Origin: the human T2T-CHM13v2.0 reference genome, Homo sapiens
DNA length: 64,000 bases
Assembly: GCF_009914755.1 (NCBI RefSeq)
Contig: NC_060932.1
Direction: 5' to 3' (one strand)
Positions 15,885 through 30,499 of this stretch are shown here, piece after piece. Below the pieces are notes generated by a model. It was not told the DNA's origin, did not search any database, and saw only the letters and a program-made list of their open reading frames with translations. Position 1 is the stretch's first letter. Each line of letters opens with the position of its first letter. The translations under genes were made by a program, and so were the position numbers.

Positions 15885-16309
15885 TGTGTTAGTCTGTTTA
15901 TCGTTGCTATAATGAAATACCTAAGAGTAGGTAATTTATAAAGAAAAGAGGTTTATTTGGCTCACAATTCTGGTAGCCAGAAAGTCCAGGATTGGGCAGC
16001 TGCATCTGATGAGGACCTTAGGCCGCTTGCACTCATGTTGGAAAGTAGAAGGGGAGCGAGCTATGCAGAGAAATCACATGGTGAGACAGGATGCAGGAGA
16101 GTGAAAATGAGGAAGTCAGGTTCTTTAACAGCTTGCTCTCTCAGGAATCCACTCACCACTTCTAGAATGGCACCAAGCTATTCATGAGGGATCTTCCCCC
16201 ATGACCCAAACACCTCCCATTAAGCCCCACCTCCCAACACCACCACATTGGGGATCAAATTTCAGTGTGAGATTTAGTGGGGACAAACAAACCATATCAA
16301 ACCATAGCA
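15885..16309 (-). mobile_element. MaLR MST-type solo LTR
   Basis: tgtgttagtc ... aaaccatagca termini, 5-bp TSD acacc/acatc, MaLR text ggctcacaattctgg and cccaaacacctccc. Confidence 0.85.
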
Positions 16310-16354
16310 ACATCTGACCTCATATGATAGGTCGCAGTCAAAACATTGTTTCAT

Positions 16355-16616
16355 GGGTGGACACGATGGCTCAAGTCTGTGATCCCAGAACTTTGGGAGG
16401 CCAAGGTGGGTGGATCACTTGAGGTCAGGAGTTCGAGACCAGCCTGGCCAACATGACAAAACCCCATCTCTACTAAACATATAAAAATTAGCTGGGCATG
16501 GTGGCGCATGCCTGTAATCCCAGCTACTCGGGGGGTTGAGGCAGGAGAATTGCTTGAACAAGCCAAGATCGCACCACTGCAGTCCACCCTGGGCGACTCC
16601 ACCTCAAAAAAAAAAA
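16355..16616 (+). mobile_element. AluS with deletions in the right arm
   Basis: Alu text with TSD aaaacattgtttca / aaaactttgtttca. Confidence 0.88.
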
Positions 16617-17295
16617 CTTTGTTTCAGGTATAAAATTATTTTAAAATATTGAATTAAGTTACCTTCAGGCTGTGTGTATAAGGTGTATATGAAACATAAA
16701 TGAATTTTATATTTAGACTTGGGTCCCAACCCCAAGATATCTCGTTATATATATACAAATATTCCAAAATCTGAAAAAAATCCAAAATTCCAAACACTTC
16801 TGGTTCCAAGCATTTCAGATAAGGGATATTAAACCTGTAGTATCTTTAAAACGAACCTTAAAGCATAGTATATCACATTTTTAATCACTTGATGTACAGT
16901 ATTTCATTTGATCTTTGAGGCCATTCATGCATATTTTTAGATAGACAGTGCGGATAATAGAGCCAAAAACCTGAGAGCCAGAGAGGTTAAATACCTTATT
17001 GAAAGTTAGCTAGTGATTCCATGACAGAGCTAGGAGTAAAATTCTCCATTACTTTTTCCATGTTTTCCTGTGCCTCCATGTGGAAGGAACCTGAGGTGCT
17101 GAGAACAGGCATTTCTAAATCTGTAGGAGACCAGACTTGCAGATACCAAATTTCTCATTCACTATTCTAGCTACTGGCTGCAGCATCTGAGATCGTGTAG
17201 AAAATACTGAAAAAATAATTATTTCTAATGTTTCATTATTCCCCTATTTCGCCCATTTGTGTTAATTAAGAAAATAAGTTTATCTTTGTTGGTTA

Positions 17296-17646
<351 letters not shown>

Positions 17647-17754
17647 TTAGTAGTTTTTATCTTCATTTGTGATAAGCCACAAACAAGAACTATTTAGAAA
17701 TTAAAGCTCGATAATTTTTATTAACCTAAACCCTTTATTTTTTATTTACTTTAG

Positions 17755-17848
17755 GAATCATGTGGATCCTCTCAGCTCCATGAAAATAGTGGTTCTCCTG
17801 AAACTTCAAGGTCCCTGCCAGCTCCTCAAGACAATGATTTTTTATCTA
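17755..17848 (+). CDS. RIPK2: RIPK2 coding exon 9
   Basis: ttag| acceptor, 94 nt, |gtatgt donor. Translates [31 protein letters not shown]. Confidence 0.97.
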
Positions 17849-18045
17849 GTATGTAGATTTTCCAATCATTATTTACTTGCAAGTTTTCCATTTTCTTTCA
17901 AGATCAAATTTTTGCAAGCAGTCATGATTTCTATGGAACTTTAATTTGCATATATAACTCATTTTGTAAAGCGACAGAGTCTAAAGATAGGAAAATAGTA
18001 GTGTGATATTCAACAAATACATTTAAGTTTTAAGGCATTATGTTT

Positions 18046-18345
18046 GGCCAGGCGCAGTGGTTCACACCTATAATCCCAGCATGTTGGGTGGCCAAGGTGG
18101 GCAGATCACCTGAGGTCAGGAGTTCGAGACCAGCCTGGCCAACATGGTGAAACCCCATCTCTACTAAAAATACAAAAATTAGCCAGGCATGGTGGTGGGC
18201 ACCTGTAGTCTCAGCTACTTCGGAGGCTGAGGCGGAAAGATCGCTTGAACCTGGGAGGGAGGTTGCAGTGAGCCGAGATTGCACCACCACACTCCATCCT
18301 GGGCGACAGAGTGAGACTCTGTGTCAAAAAATAAATTTTAAAAAA
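18046..18345 (+). mobile_element. AluSx-like
   Basis: Dimeric Alu with TSD aggcattatgtt. Confidence 0.9.
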
Positions 18346-19118
18346 CAGGCATTATGTTAGACACTGCCAGAAAATGTCCGCAAAAAAATCTCTTACAAGA
18401 AAAAGGAGAAATGTTTCTAAATAACTATTATATGAGATAGTGATATAAGAGAGACGTGGATCTAGAGCTATGGTAGTACAGTGGAAGAGTAACACTGTAC
18501 AAAGGACTTTCACAACAACCTTGTGAGAGAAATGTCCTCATTTTACACATTTAAGGACTCTGGATCACATAGCTAGTAGCTGGCACATCTAAGACTTTTG
18601 ATAAATATTATCATGTCACTCTACTCTACCATGTTGTCATCATGAAATTATTTCTGGCTGAAGGCTGGATCTGTAATTACAAAGGATAGGCATTCCAGGC
18701 AAAAGGAACAACATACAGGTACAGAAGCAAGAAAATACAGAGAACAGTGAGTAATTTGGTTTAGCTAGTAAAGAAGGTGAATGAAAGAAGTAAGAGCTAA
18801 GTAGATTGGAGTCATATCATCAAGAATTCTAACTTTCAGCTGAACTATTTGGACTTTTTTACTTGAGTAGGAAGCAACTATTGCAATTTTTTGAGCAAGG
18901 GAGTGACATAAAATTTTTTACTTTGGGGAGATTCATTCTGGCTGGAATGTGTAGGATATTTTGAAAGGAAAAGGAAACTTGAGATGGGGAGATCAGTTAG
19001 GAGACTATTACTGTAGTACCCGTGAGAGATTATTAAGAACCGATACAGAATGAAAGAAAGGAGGGGTGGTATGTGAGATGTTATAGACAACTAGATGATA
19101 GGACTTTGTAACTTTTCA

Positions 19119-19521
<403 letters not shown>

Positions 19522-19656
19522 GTTAAAACAAGTTTTAGAGTTAAGACGGATAATTATACTTTTAATGTTTTTGTTTTTGTTTTTAATTTGAGGTACTAGG
19601 AGCACACAAAGGGTTGATGGCCAGAGGGCTTTTGAAAATATAACACTAAGGTTCAT

Positions 19657-20030
19657 GGCTGAGTGTAGTGGCTCACACCTGTAATCCTAGAACTTTGGGA
19701 GGCTGAGACAGGTGGATCACCTGAGGTCACGAGTTCAAGACCAGCCTGGCCAACATGGTGAAATTCCATCTCTACTAAAAATACAGAAATTAGCCAGTTG
19801 TGGTAGCATGCAACTGTAATCCCAGCTACTTAAGAGGCTGAGGCAGGAGAATCGCTTGAACCTGAGAGGTGGAGGTTGCAGTGAGCTGAGATCGCAACCA
19901 TTGCACTCCAGCCTGGGTGGCAAAAGCAAAACTCCATCTAAGAAAGAGAGAGAGACAGAGAGAGAGAGAGAGGGAGGGAGGGAGGCAGGGAGGGAGGAAG
20001 GAAGGAAGGAAAGAAGGAAGGAAGGAAATA
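19657..20030 (+). mobile_element. AluS whose tail has become a polypurine microsatellite (GA/GGGA/GGAA)
   Basis: Alu body to ~19940, then an almost pure purine tract 19941-20028. Confidence 0.88.
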
Positions 20031-20482
20031 TAAGACGAAAGTTCAATGAAGACAGAAAATGTAATTGCGTGGATTTGGGAATAGAGGGGATGATTAAGTC
20101 CCTGAGGCTCAGTGGGATTGCCAGAAGAGAAACTAGAAAGACAGACATCATATATAGATTTAGAGAACATACTTAAACTTCAGAAGGAGTAAGAAGACAC
20201 ACAGGAAAAATATGGGACTATGTAAAGAAGTAAAATTCTATGATTTATAATTTACACAGAACAGACAATTTCTGACAGAAATTGTAGTGAAAGCATTCCA
20301 TATAAACCCTTTTTTGTTTTAAGAAATATCTACTTGCAGAATTAGGTTTCTGAACCAGCCTTAATATTAGTGGAAACTAAAGACATTGGAGCCTACCTTC
20401 TGTCTGCTCAGATGTTGACATGTTAGCCAATAGGAATTTCTAAGGAGTATTCTACTTCTAATGAAGATGTTGTATTTTGTAG

Positions 20483-20644
20483 GAAAAGCTCAAGACTGTT
20501 ATTTTATGAAGCTGCATCACTGTCCTGGAAATCACAGTTGGGATAGCACCATTTCTGGATCTCAAAGGGCTGCATTCTGTGATCACAAGACCACTCCATG
20601 CTCTTCAGCAATAATAAATCCACTCTCAACTGCAGGAAACTCAG
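20483..20644 (+). CDS. RIPK2: RIPK2 coding exon 10
   Basis: tgtag| acceptor, 162 nt, |gtaaat donor. Translates (R)[53 protein letters not shown]. Confidence 0.98.
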
Positions 20645-21240
20645 GTAAATATTTACTGTGAAACACCTTGTAAGTGATGCCATTGACCTTACATATCTGT
20701 GTTCAGTGGATTTACCATACAATGAGGTTTGTCTTTATTTCCTCAATATGATAAATACATACCTTCTTAAGTAGGAAAACAAATCCCAGGAGATGGGAAT
20801 GATGACATGGCCCAAATGGTATTCTATGAACATCTAAATAGGGAGGCAGTGCTAAGAGGAGGTATTAACATATTACTAATGGTAAAGTTATTTTTGTTTA
20901 TTTAAAAAATTTGCAGGTATCTTTTATATTTGAAATAAAATGGACATCAAACAAAACTGAACAAATCCCAGAAGATGGAAATGATGACATAAAGTGGTTT
21001 TTGCCCCGTGATTTATACCATAGGAAAAGGCAATGCCTTTTCTGGGGAGTGAGGGGGAGATAACCCAAATCTCTGAATGTTTCCTGAAAAATGACACCAT
21101 TCCCCAAAGTGTTGGTGTTCCATATTGGCACAATCATAGGAAAATTATGTTTTATGCTTTATTTATTTTTCATGGAATTTTACTTATTGCTATGTATCTG
21201 TCCTCACCTTTTAAATTATTCATTCCTTGTTCTTTTTCAG

Positions 21241-21578
21241 AACGTCTGCAGCCTGGTATAGCCCAGCAGTGGATCCAGAGCAAAAGGGAAGACATTGTGA
21301 ACCAAATGACAGAAGCCTGCCTTAACCAGTCGCTAGATGCCCTTCTGTCCAGGGACTTGATCATGAAAGAGGACTATGAACTTGTTAGTACCAAGCCTAC
21401 AAGGACCTCAAAAGTCAGACAATTACTAGACACTACTGACATCCAAGGAGAAGAATTTGCCAAAGTTATAGTACAAAAATTGAAAGATAACAAACAAATG
21501 GGTCTTCAGCCTTACCCGGAAATACTTGTGGTTTCTAGATCACCATCTTTAAATTTACTTCAAAATAAAAGCATGTAA
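21241..21578 (+). CDS. RIPK2: RIPK2 terminal coding exon 11 (CARD domain, stop codon)
   Basis: ttttcag| acceptor. Translates (E)[62 protein letters not shown]...LLQNKSM*. Y474 codon at 21375-21377. Confidence 0.99.
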
Positions 21579-22226
21579 GTGACTGTTTTTCAAGAAGAAA
21601 TGTGTTTCATAAAAGGATATTTATATCTCTGTTGCTTTGACTTTTTTTATATAAAATCCGTGAGTATTAAAGCTTTATTGAAGGTTCTTTGGGTAAATAT
21701 TAGTCTCCCTCCATGACACTGCAGTATTTTTTTTAATTAATACAAGTAAAAAGTTTGAATTTTGCTACATAGTTCAATTTTTATGTCTCTTTTGTTAACA
21801 GAAACCACTTTTAAAGGATAGTAATTATTCTTGTTTATAACAGTGCCTTAAGGTATGATGTATTTCTGATGGAAGCCATTTTCACATTCATGTTCTTCAT
21901 GGATTATTTGTTACTTGTCTAAGATGCAATTTGATTTTATGAAGTATATACCCTTTACCCACCAGAGACAGTACAGAATCCCTGCCCTAAAATCCCAGGC
22001 TTAATTGCCCTACAAAGGGTTATTAATTTAAAACTCCATTATTAGGATTACATTTTAAAGTTTTATTTATGAATTCCCTTTAAAAATGATATTTCAAAGG
22101 TAAAACAATACAATATAAAGAAAAAAATAAATATATTAATACCGGCTTCCTGTCCCCATTTTTAACCTCAGCCTTCCCTACTGTCACCAACAACCAAGCT
22201 AAATAAAGTCAACAGCCTGATGTGTA
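21579..22226 (+). other. RIPK2: RIPK2 3'UTR
   Basis: AT-rich sequence after the stop. End inferred ~20 nt after AATAAA at 22202. Confidence 0.75.
22202..22207 (+). terminator. RIPK2: polyadenylation signal AATAAA (alternatives: ATTAAA 21666-21671, AATAAA 22126-22131)
   Basis: AATAAA followed by GT/T-rich downstream sequence tgtgtatctttctgtcc. Confidence 0.7.
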
Positions 22227-23956
22227 TCTTTCTGTCCCTTTCTTCCTGCTTATATTTAGAACATATGCTCATTTGAGAAAGGATCTTTCTGCATATTATT
22301 ATTATAATTATACATCATACTGCAACCTGCTTTTTGCATTTAATAGTACAGCCTTCCAGATCAGATATGGCTCTAACTTACTCTTTTTACTTGCTGCCTA
22401 ATACCCACAGTTTTTATTTTCTTAACTTGTCCATATCAAATTTAGCCCAAACAATAAAAGTACGGTGTGAGCACTTTTTTGGTTAATAGGTTATATTACT
22501 ATAGGAGAACTTACAAGGAATAATAGCCCTTTTCTGAAACTGCGTAGCGAAGTCAGCAGAAAGTGAGATACAGAATAAATTTGAAAAGATGAACTTTCAA
22601 GAAGCAACAGACCCACAACCTGAAAAGTTTGAATAAAAGAAATTAGATGCCATTGAGGTAATTAAATATTAATTAGAAATATAAGCATTTTAATCTCCAT
22701 TTTAGAGCTTGACATTAACTTGTACCTCTTACTGTGCCTTTCAGAAATATGGAAATTAATAGGGAAAAGTGAAAACTAAACACATGAGTTATCTATTAAA
22801 TTTTAAAAAGCATTAAGATGCAAATTTTATTTGTGAAGTAATAAATAGAGAAAATTATTTTGGAAGCTTTCCCTTTTCTCTATACATACTCTAAAAAGAA
22901 ATTATTTTGACTATTGATGGCCTCAAATTGATGTTTATACTGATTTCATGAGGTATATCTGGATTGATAAAATGAACTTTGCCTTGTTTTTTATTCTCTG
23001 CAAAGATCTAAAAACTCATAGTTTGTGTGCTTTATGGCTATGTGCTTACAGTCACTTTCTCCCACAATTTTCTGTATGGAAGACACGTGTAGTCATCCGT
23101 CATCACAGCTCTGCAAACTTTTTCTGCGTAAATAATAACATGTTGATAAGTAAGAAGATGTTGTCAGGGATTAAGATGAATCTGCAGTGAGCTCTCATCA
23201 TCTCTTCATGGGATTGTTACAATCTCAGCAGTTGGTTTTTATTATAACCCCTATTTAGTAACTGCTACTTAGAGGAAGATGAGACAGATTATGCTGAGTA
23301 TGACTAGTTAGTGTAGAACAGGGTCTGGCATAGAGTAGGCACTTTTTGAATAACTCTTTAATGAATAGTGCAATGGAATGAAAACATAGAGAAGGGGAGA
23401 TGTTTCCTTTAAATCTTATTTCCAAAAATGTAGTGCAAGCACAGCTAGTAGTAAGTGGGATTATTTTAGGTCATATGTAGGCTCACCACTAAATGGCATT
23501 TGAGTCACTTAGTAAAGGACATTCTTTTCCGTTCTTTTTTGAGCCTTATAATTAAATAAAGGAGAATATCTCAATTTTTTTGCTAACATCTTTTTATCCC
23601 CCTCGTTAACAAAATGAGAATAGGCTTTAGGCTCAGAACTTCAGAGACTATTTACCAAGAATTTTATGGTTTTTTTTGTTGCATTCTATTTGAAATTTAT
23701 ACTTCTACATATGACAAGTAATAGTTTTCTGTTTATACTAAAGTTTTATTACATAATATTTAAATAAAGACAATTTAAGTACTATTAAGTAAATTATAAT
23801 ATAGATAGGACATGAATGGGCCAGCAATCATAGAAGTAGTAAGAAAATGACAGATTAAAATTCAGTCACTCCAGGAAGGGACCTAGTAATTTATTTTTTA
23901 ACTAGCTAGTACTAGATAATGCTAGAGATGTCATTCCTTGCAGTGCATTTTAAGAC

Positions 23957-24140
23957 AGTGCTACCCAGAAGTACAGTGCACAGACTGGCTACATTTAGCA
24001 TCACCTATAGCATGTTAGAAATGAAACTTCATGGCTCCTATCTCAGACCGACTGATTCAGTCTCTGGGGGTGAGGTCTAGGAATCTGTTTTAACAAACTC
24101 TCCAAGCGATTTTTACTCACGGTAAAGTTCAAGACCCTTT
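23957..24140. mobile_element. MER5-type hAT MITE
   Basis: tgttagaaatg...gactgattcagtctctgggggtgaggtctaggaatctgttttaacaa. Confidence 0.7.
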
Positions 24141-24716
24141 ATTTTAAGAAACACTATAGATTTGTGCATAAAATAATTTCTCTCTAGGTTCACAGATGTG
24201 TTTTCATGAACTCTGATTGCCACGTGCCTTCAGAATGTTCACTCTCTGAACTGACGTTTGATTACAAAATTTTACTTTTGTTTTGCATCCAATTTGAATT
24301 CTCAAAACAATTTTAATCATGCTTTGAATTTTGGAAAGATAGCTTCACTTAAACATGAAAATCAGATCACTATAGTAGAATCTACAACTCAGTTCTTTAG
24401 GGAAGAACTTCAGAAGGGGCAAACACTTGAGTTATGACAGCAGTAGAGCTGAGCCGATATGAGGATCAATACAAGAAGCAAGACTAAATTGTGCTGAAAG
24501 TTATACTAAAGAAATTTGCATGACTGTGAAAGATTTGGGTGTTGGCAGCAGTTGTGTCAAGCAGTGGGGGCTGTTTTTTATTTCTCTCTACCATTAATCT
24601 GCCTACCCTCAGCCCCTTCAAATACTTAATTTATGAAGAAAAAAACATGGCCAACGGGGAGAGAAGGAAAATCAATAAACGTTCATGTTTAGCCATTCTC
24701 ACAAACATAAGTTTCA

Positions 24717-25017
<301 letters not shown>

Positions 25018-25442
25018 AGTTAGTAATGTGTTTCTTCAAAATTATACCTCCTATCTCCCACACAGCCTAGTTCCCAAACTACCTGTTGCTTTTTCTCTCC
25101 ACTGGATCATTTCTTTTCAAACACCTTTAAAAACAAAATTTCTTTACTTAACCTATCTATCCTTTTTCATCCTTTTCAAGGAGTTTATTCTACACGACCT
25201 CTATTTTGTTACCTATTTCTTTGTTTAAAATTTGATGTCATGTAATTAATGAATGGGTTGAAAGGAACAAGTGTGCATCTGATGCTTCAAAATCCTCTAC
25301 TGGAAAGATGTTAATAGACGTTTATCTCATGAGTAAACACTTCCACAGATAAAGGGGGAGCTTATTACCTTGTCAGGCAATTTATTTCATCTCCAGACAG
25401 TACTATCCATACTTTCATACACTGATTTAAAAATTGATTTCC

Positions 25443-25826
<384 letters not shown>

Positions 25827-26174
25827 CTAATCCCTCTTCTATGACAGCATCTTATATATTTCCAAGGAGCTCTTTTATTTCTGGTGATTTTTTTTTTCTC
25901 TGCCTCAGAATAATTCCTACTTACTTCAGTGGTTATTTAAGTGGCATGGTCTATATTCCTCTCAAAGTATGGTAGCCACAACTAAACATGGTGCTCCTAC
26001 TCAGGTCTTGCCATCACAGTTGGGATATCTGCTCCCTTATCCTTAAATAAAATGCTAAAGCACCGTTTTATAGTAGTCACATGTCATTGTCAAATTAATA
26101 TTTAACTACCAGCTAACAAATTCTTCATCTGTACACCTGTGTTGTTTTGCCTTATTTCTCCACTTTTCAAATAG

Positions 26175-26545
<371 letters not shown>

Positions 26546-28027
26546 TAATTCATCCCTAGTTCCAGTTATTCAATACATTTTTTATCCCTAAATCTGGAAT
26601 CTTCCAGCTTGTCATCCACAAATTTGACAAACCTACTTTTTATAGTTTCATCCAAGTTACTAATTAAAATGTCGATTGTGCTGAGCCATTCAAGCATGAA
26701 GTTTGCAAATTACCACAAGCCTTCTTTCCTTCAATTTGACAAAGCTCATCACTATTTAACTACAATCATTCATCTAATCACTAATGAATATAATTGGAAT
26801 ATTTTAAAGAGTTTCCTTTTTTAACATAAAAAATATGGAATCTACAAATTTAGCCTACATGGTCTCTATATCTGGGCAGTTTTTTAAAGAATTGGCTTGT
26901 GTTTTCATCGAAAATGTGTGTTTCAATATAAATCCACTTTTTTTGCTACAAGTACATTCAGTTATTAAAATGGGGCATGCCTCTTCTCTTAAAATATTAA
27001 ATGGATATTGCTCAGGCTCTGCTTATAAAATCTGGTGCAAGACACTCTCTGTCCACCAAAATCCCATGATTTAAGGATGCCAACCAAATAAAGAAACTCC
27101 AAATTCCACATCTGAAAAAAAAATACTAAGAAAATTAAAGAATAGACAGAAGATAATTTTAAAATACTTACATAATACCCTTAGAGAGACTTGTTATCTT
27201 CAAAACTAGGAGAAATTGTTAAAAAATAGAAGCAACTAATGATCTAGAAACATTTAAACTATGATTCTCATAATAATAACCCAGAACCCATCCATTCTTG
27301 AAAACTGTCCTTTTTCTCACTAGGACTCCTAACTTGGGAGTTTGTTAGGGTAGATAACCAGTCCAAGCCTCTAGCTTCCATATCTTTGGTTGATTCCTTT
27401 TTGGATGTATTTAGCAACCCTGAGCAAACAGGGAAGCTACCAACAAAATAACTGCAAGTACTTTTCATTGCTAGTTTGAAGTCTCCTGCCCTCACTAAAC
27501 ACATGTTGCTGAGCTTTTGCCTTCTCACTGTGACTGATGCACTCCTCATCATACTAAGAGATGCTTAGGACTGGCAGGATGCCCATCACCTTTGTTTCCA
27601 CCAGTGCCCCTTAGTGGAATGGTACAAAGTCTAAAGGGGCAAGAAAAAAATTTTTTGAAAAATTAACTCTTTAGTGTTTTGGGCACAGCCTGATCACAAA
27701 CACATGAGATATATTTTGCATAGGCCTCCCGACAAAGTTAAAAGGACTCAAAATTCCGAATTAATTTCGACTCCAGAAGAGAGTTAATAGTTTTAGAATT
27801 TTAAGCTCATTAATCTAACTGAATTCATTCTAAGGAATATGGAAGCTAGTACTGGGAGCCTGGTCCCAAGACAATGTTTTAATTTTAATTGTTTTTAAAT
27901 TAGAAGAAAAAAATGAATATATAACAATGAACAGTTTAGATTACATATATCTTTATAATAATGCAATTGTAAAAAATAATTTTAATATCTTTTATAGAGG
28001 ACAGAGCCACAAAAGCATAAGTGCCTA

Positions 28028-28656
28028 TGTCAGAGGTGTTTGAACCAGAGCAACTCCATTTTGAATAGGGGCTGAGTAAAATAAGGCTGAAAACTACTGG
28101 GCTACATTCCCAGGAGGTTAGGCATTCTTAGTCAGGATGAGACAGAAGGTTGGCACAAGATACAGGTCATAAAAACCCTACTGATAAAACAGGATGTGGT
28201 AAAGAAGTCAGCCAAAACCAAGATGGTGACAAAAGTGACCTCTGTTCATCTTCACTGCTCATTATATGCTAATTATAATATAATTATAATGCATTAGATT
28301 GCTAAGAGATACTCCCACCAGGGCCATGACAGTTTACAAATGCCATGGCAACCTAGGGAAGTTAGCTTATATGGTCTAAAAGGGAGAGGAATCCTCAGTT
28401 CTGGGAATTGCCCACCCCTTTCCTGGAAAACTCATGAATAATCCACTTCTTATTTAGCATATAACCAAGAAATAACTATAAGTATACTCAGTTGAGCAGC
28501 CCATGCCACTGCTCTGTCTATACAGTAGCCATTTTTTTATTCCTTTACCTTCTTAATAAACTTGCTTTCACTTTATGGACTCACCCTGAATTTTTTTCTT
28601 GCACAAAGTTCAAGAACCTCTCTTGGGGTCTGGATAAGGACACCTTTCCAGTAACA
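28028..28656 (+). mobile_element. MER41B-type solo LTR (ERV1)
   Basis: tgtcagaggtgtttgaaccagagcaactcc ... ccagtaaca termini, 4-bp TSD ccta, internal AATAAA. Confidence 0.88.
28399..28428. promoter_or_regulatory. tandem GAS (STAT1-type) motifs inside the MER41 LTR
   Basis: TTCTGGGAA at 28399-28407 and TTCCTGGAA at 28420-28428 both fit TTCN3GAA. Function is inferred. Confidence 0.7.
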
Positions 28657-28734
28657 CCTAGGGCCCACGAATGTCCTATTGCAGCTCTGATTGTGAAATG
28701 ACTTACCTGACGGTAGTCTGAAAAGTTTGCTTGA

Positions 28735-29181
28735 GACTGTAGCCACAGCAAAAGTTGACCTTACAAACTGGGTCATTCTTGTCACACCCAACTAAAACAG
28801 CGCAATCAGACCACGTACCATTGCTCCAAGAATGTAATTCTCTGCAAGCTTGGCTGCTGAGACTGCCTGCTATAACCTGAAACCAGTTTTATCTAAAGGC
28901 TACTGAAACAATCTACTGCACCTCTAAGACTAGTTTTACCCACCACCATCACTCACCAAAAAGCTTGCTAGCTCCCCAAAACCTTACTTGAGCCAATGAA
29001 CTTTCTAGAGTAGTGGTATGTAATGTTTCTCCTTTTTATAAAAGCTCTAACCTTCTCTTTGTTCTTTAGATATACCAAAGACAACCCGGTCTGTGTGTAT
29101 GCCCCTAGTTGCAATTCTTTCTTGCCAAATAAAATATTTTAATTTCAGAGATTCATCTTTATATTTTATTTGACTTTGACA
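28735..29181 (+). mobile_element. ERV LTR remnant (family uncertain)
   Basis: CCAAT, tttataaaa and AATAAA in LTR order, ending ...actttgaca. Confidence 0.6.
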
Positions 29182-29574
29182 GCACTAATCAGACACAGTA
29201 CTCCAGAGGTGCTAGGATAGGGGGCAAAGGGCAAGGAAACTGAATAGTGGCAGATTGGGCTTGTCCATGTCAGGAAGGACCAGTGGCCCACAACACTAGC
29301 ATGTAGAGGAAAAAGCAAGTAGAAACACAATGAATACTGCAGGTTAAAGGCGTGGCCCTCAGAGCTTGAGCATTCTCACCTTTCCACTTGCCAAGACCCT
29401 GAAAAAAGGCGGAGATTCAGACTTCCCACCAACCCTTTCAGGTTAGAGCCTGGGCCACATTCAATTTAACTTAGAAACATAAATAAATCTGTCTTGTTCC
29501 TCAGTGTTATAGGCAAAATCATGCCTGATATATTGACTGGTATGGTCTTGTTTATTACTATTATTGCTTTAGGT

Positions 29575-30335
29575 TGTGTATTGACTGGTTGCCCCCAAAA
29601 TGATCTGCTGAAGTCCTAATCCCCAGAACCTGTGAGTGTGACCTATTTGGAAAGTGGGTTTTTACAAATGTCATTAAATTAAAGATCTCAAGATGAGACC
29701 ATCCTGGATTAACTGGGTGTGCCGTAAATCCAGTGACAAGTGTCCTTATAAGAAGAGGGCTGGGCATGGTGGCTCACGCCTGTAATCCCAGCACTTTGGG
29801 AGGCCAATGCAGGCAGGTCACTTGAGGCCAGGAGTTTGAGACCAGCCTGGCCAACACGGAGAAATCCCATCTCTACTAAAAATACAAAAATTAGCCAGGC
29901 GTGGCAGCGGGCACCTGTAGTCTCAGCTACCCAGGAGGCTGAGGCAGAAGAATTTCTTGAACCCAAGAGGCAGAGGCTGCAGTGAGTTGAGATCACACCA
30001 CTGCACTCCAGTCTGGGCAACAGAGTGAGACACTGTCTCAAAAAAAAGGAAAAGAAAAAAAGGAGAGAAGACACAGACAAAAGAAAAGGCCATGGAAGGC
30101 AGAGGCAGAGATAGGAATGGCACAGCCACATGCCAAAGAATGCCTGGAATCACCAAAAGCTGGAAAAGGAAAAGGCAAAGGACTTTTACCCCTCTAGCCT
30201 TCAGAGGGCGTGTGGCCCTGCCAACACCTTGATTTTGGACTACAGACCTCCTGAACTGTGAGAGAATAAATTTCTATTATTTTAGGCCACCAAGTTTACG
30301 GTAATATGTTAATGATAGTCCTAGGACACTAAGAT
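29575..30335 (+). mobile_element. MLT1 MaLR LTR interrupted by an Alu (29758-30060)
   Basis: gtcctaatccccagaacctgtgagtgtgacc ... cctgaactgtgagagaataaatttc. The Alu sits between agaagag and ggagagaag. Confidence 0.8.
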
Positions 30336-30499
30336 ACTTCATTTTTAAAAATATACTTAATTTTTTAGAATAGTTCATGATTTCTTGAAAGATTGAAAAG
30401 CTAGTGTAGAAAGTTCCCATATACTCTGCACCCAGTTCCCCCTACTATTGACATCTTCCATGAGTATAGTGTATTTGTTAAAATTAATGAACTACTATT

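Larger units (their letters stand above)
15792..16838. mobile_element. Tigger4/MER46-type DNA transposon hosting an MST LTR and an Alu
   Basis: Ends tagattgagcatccctaatcc ... gataagggatattaaacctgta. The host sequence is continuous across both insertions. Confidence 0.75.

Noticed and set aside
21033-21240. N-terminal part of the 181-aa ORF upstream of the CARD exon, read as a CARD-only protein
   Set aside because: This is intron 10 that happens to be open in frame. A strong acceptor sits at 21240 and nothing supports a separate start.
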